Shown: one piece after another, positions 30,701 to 32,951 of the stretch
How the letters are laid out: every line of letters begins with the position of its first letter
Position numbering within the stretch: position 1 is the first letter of the stretch
Origin: Bacteroidales bacterium
Lineage (GTDB): Bacteria > Bacteroidota > Bacteroidia > Bacteroidales > CAIWKO01
Length of the DNA stretch: 32,951 nucleotides
Reading direction: 5' to 3'
NCBI GenBank assembly: GCA_035389045.1
Contig: DAOORA010000009.1
Span: forward strand, 62,001-94,951
Translations under genes and position numbers: made by a program
Notes under the pieces: model-generated
The model's input: only the letters and a program-made list of their open reading frames with translations
Database searches by the model: none
Told to the model about the DNA's origin: nothing

Positions 30701-31354
30701 ATGCATTTTGAACCGGAACACTGCTACCATATCTTCAACCAAGGCAATAATAGAGAGTTGATATTCTTTAACAGAGAGAATTATTTTTTCTTTCTGAAAA
30801 AAATTGAAACGCATATTTTACCTTTTGCAGATGTGCTGGCCTATTGCCTGATGCCAAATCATTTTCATCTGATGGTGTATACTAGTCATCAGATGACTTC
30901 CCAACAGATTGTTCCACATCAGGAGAAATTAAGTCATCAGATGACTTCCCAGCTTACTCATCAGATGACTTCAAGCCATCAGATGAGTAAGGGTAAACAA
31001 ACTTTCGTACAATCCATCGCCATCATGCTGCGGTCCTACACCCGTGCTGTCAATATTCAGGAAAACCGAAGCGGCTCTTTATTCAAGCCACATACAAAAG
31101 CCTTATGTCTTACAAATAATTCAACGATTACACCATCCTTTTCCGACACCATCCATGGCGCATTGATTAATATACCATACCCGGATAAAGAATATCCGAA
31201 GCTTTGTTTCAATTATATTCACAACAATCCTGTGAAGGCAGGTCTGGTTAAAAATGCCAATGAATGGGAGTTCTCCTCCTACTGCGATTATTATGAAAAC
31301 CGGCAAAGTAACATCATAAATCATATGAGGGCAAAAGAATGTGGATTGATTTAA
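30701..31354 (+). mobile_element. REP-associated tyrosine transposase (RAYT, Y1 HUH family)
   Basis: YHIFNQGNNRELIF, AYCLMPNHFHL (HUH), RSGSLF, YIHNNPVKAGL (catalytic Tyr) and WEFSSY. Confidence 0.85.
30884..30988. repeat. four 15-bp palindromic repeats inside the RAYT gene
   Basis: AGTCATCAGATGACT (30884, 30932), ACTCATCAGATGACT (30956) and AGCCATCAGATGAGT (30974). All are in frame and encode SHQMT-like units. Confidence 0.85.
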
Positions 31355-31521
31355 TAATATTTTGTTAAAGCCTATCTGTGGTGAAAAAATGAAAACTTAA
31401 AAGAAAAAATCGTAAGATACCGGTAACATAATTACGAATTTATTCGTTACGAAATTTTTCGTGATCCCATTTAATTAATATTCAAGCATATAAAGTACTA
31501 TTTATTTTAATAAATGATCAA

Positions 31522-32792
<1,271 letters not shown>

Positions 32793-32800
32793 CAGAAATG

Positions 32801-32851
32801 AAAAAATCCTGCCGGTTATATAAAAACCAGCAGGATTTCCTCATTTTTTTT
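32801..32851. terminator. hairpin/bidirectional terminator between cas2 and the array
   Basis: Stem AAATCCTGCCGGTT (32804-32817) / AACCAGCAGGATTT (32825-32838), with an A-run upstream and a T-run shortly downstream. Confidence 0.7.
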
Positions 32852-32903
32852 AATTTGAAAACAGCTTGTTTTACTTGATTTCATTGATATTGCAACGTGG
32901 TAT

Positions 32904-32950
32904 GCTGTTATCAATACGTCAAAGATAAGAATTAGAGAGCAAATCACAAC
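32904..32950 (-). CRISPR. first repeat of a type II-C CRISPR array (array presumably continues beyond the window)
   Basis: 47-nt GTTGTGATTTGCTCTCTAATTCTTATCTTTGACGTATTGATAACAGC on the minus strand, a typical Bacteroidota II-C repeat shape, and it matches the tracrRNA anti-repeat. Only one copy is visible. Confidence 0.85.
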
Positions 32951-32951
32951 T

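Noticed and set aside
30884..30988. Mini CRISPR array inside the transposase gene
   Set aside because: Units are 15 nt with irregular 3-33 nt gaps and are unrelated to the 47-nt repeat.
30143..31354. Reading the two genes between cas9 and cas1 as csn2 or cas4 (type II-A/II-B)
   Set aside because: Their motifs are those of a nucleotidyltransferase and a Y1 transposase. No Cas4 cysteine cluster or Csn2 features are present, and none follow cas2.

Overview
Bacteroidota (Bacteroidales-like) chromosomal segment, judged from TAnnTTTG promoter boxes, T9SS C-terminal sorting domains and lipoprotein signals. Positions 1-25 kb hold housekeeping and envelope genes: a YiiX-like amidase, a NUDIX hydrolase, a GT2 + GT-C glycosylation cluster, OsmC, an unusual lipoprotein-like peptide deformylase, a cobalamin-riboswitch operon (btuB, DUF4465, T9SS cargo, BtuG-like), M23-LysM, an S8 protease, mnmA, a MORN-repeat/LytTR fusion, gmhB, gmhA and ligA. 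Two copies of an unannotated MITE-like element lie in intergenic DNA. Positions 25.2-33 kb hold a type II-C CRISPR-Cas locus: tracrRNA, cas9, cas1, cas2 and the first 47-nt repeat, with the array cut off by the window end. The most notable feature is the 1596-aa Cas9, which carries a ~74-aa C-terminal extension resembling the small partner proteins encoded upstream of minimal nucleotidyltransferases. It is coupled by an ATGA overlap to such a nucleotidyltransferase gene, and a REP-associated tyrosine transposase follows, all between cas9 and cas1. This is a candidate Cas9-tethered toxin-antitoxin/abortive-infection module. Family assignments come from motif recognition by eye, not from database searches.
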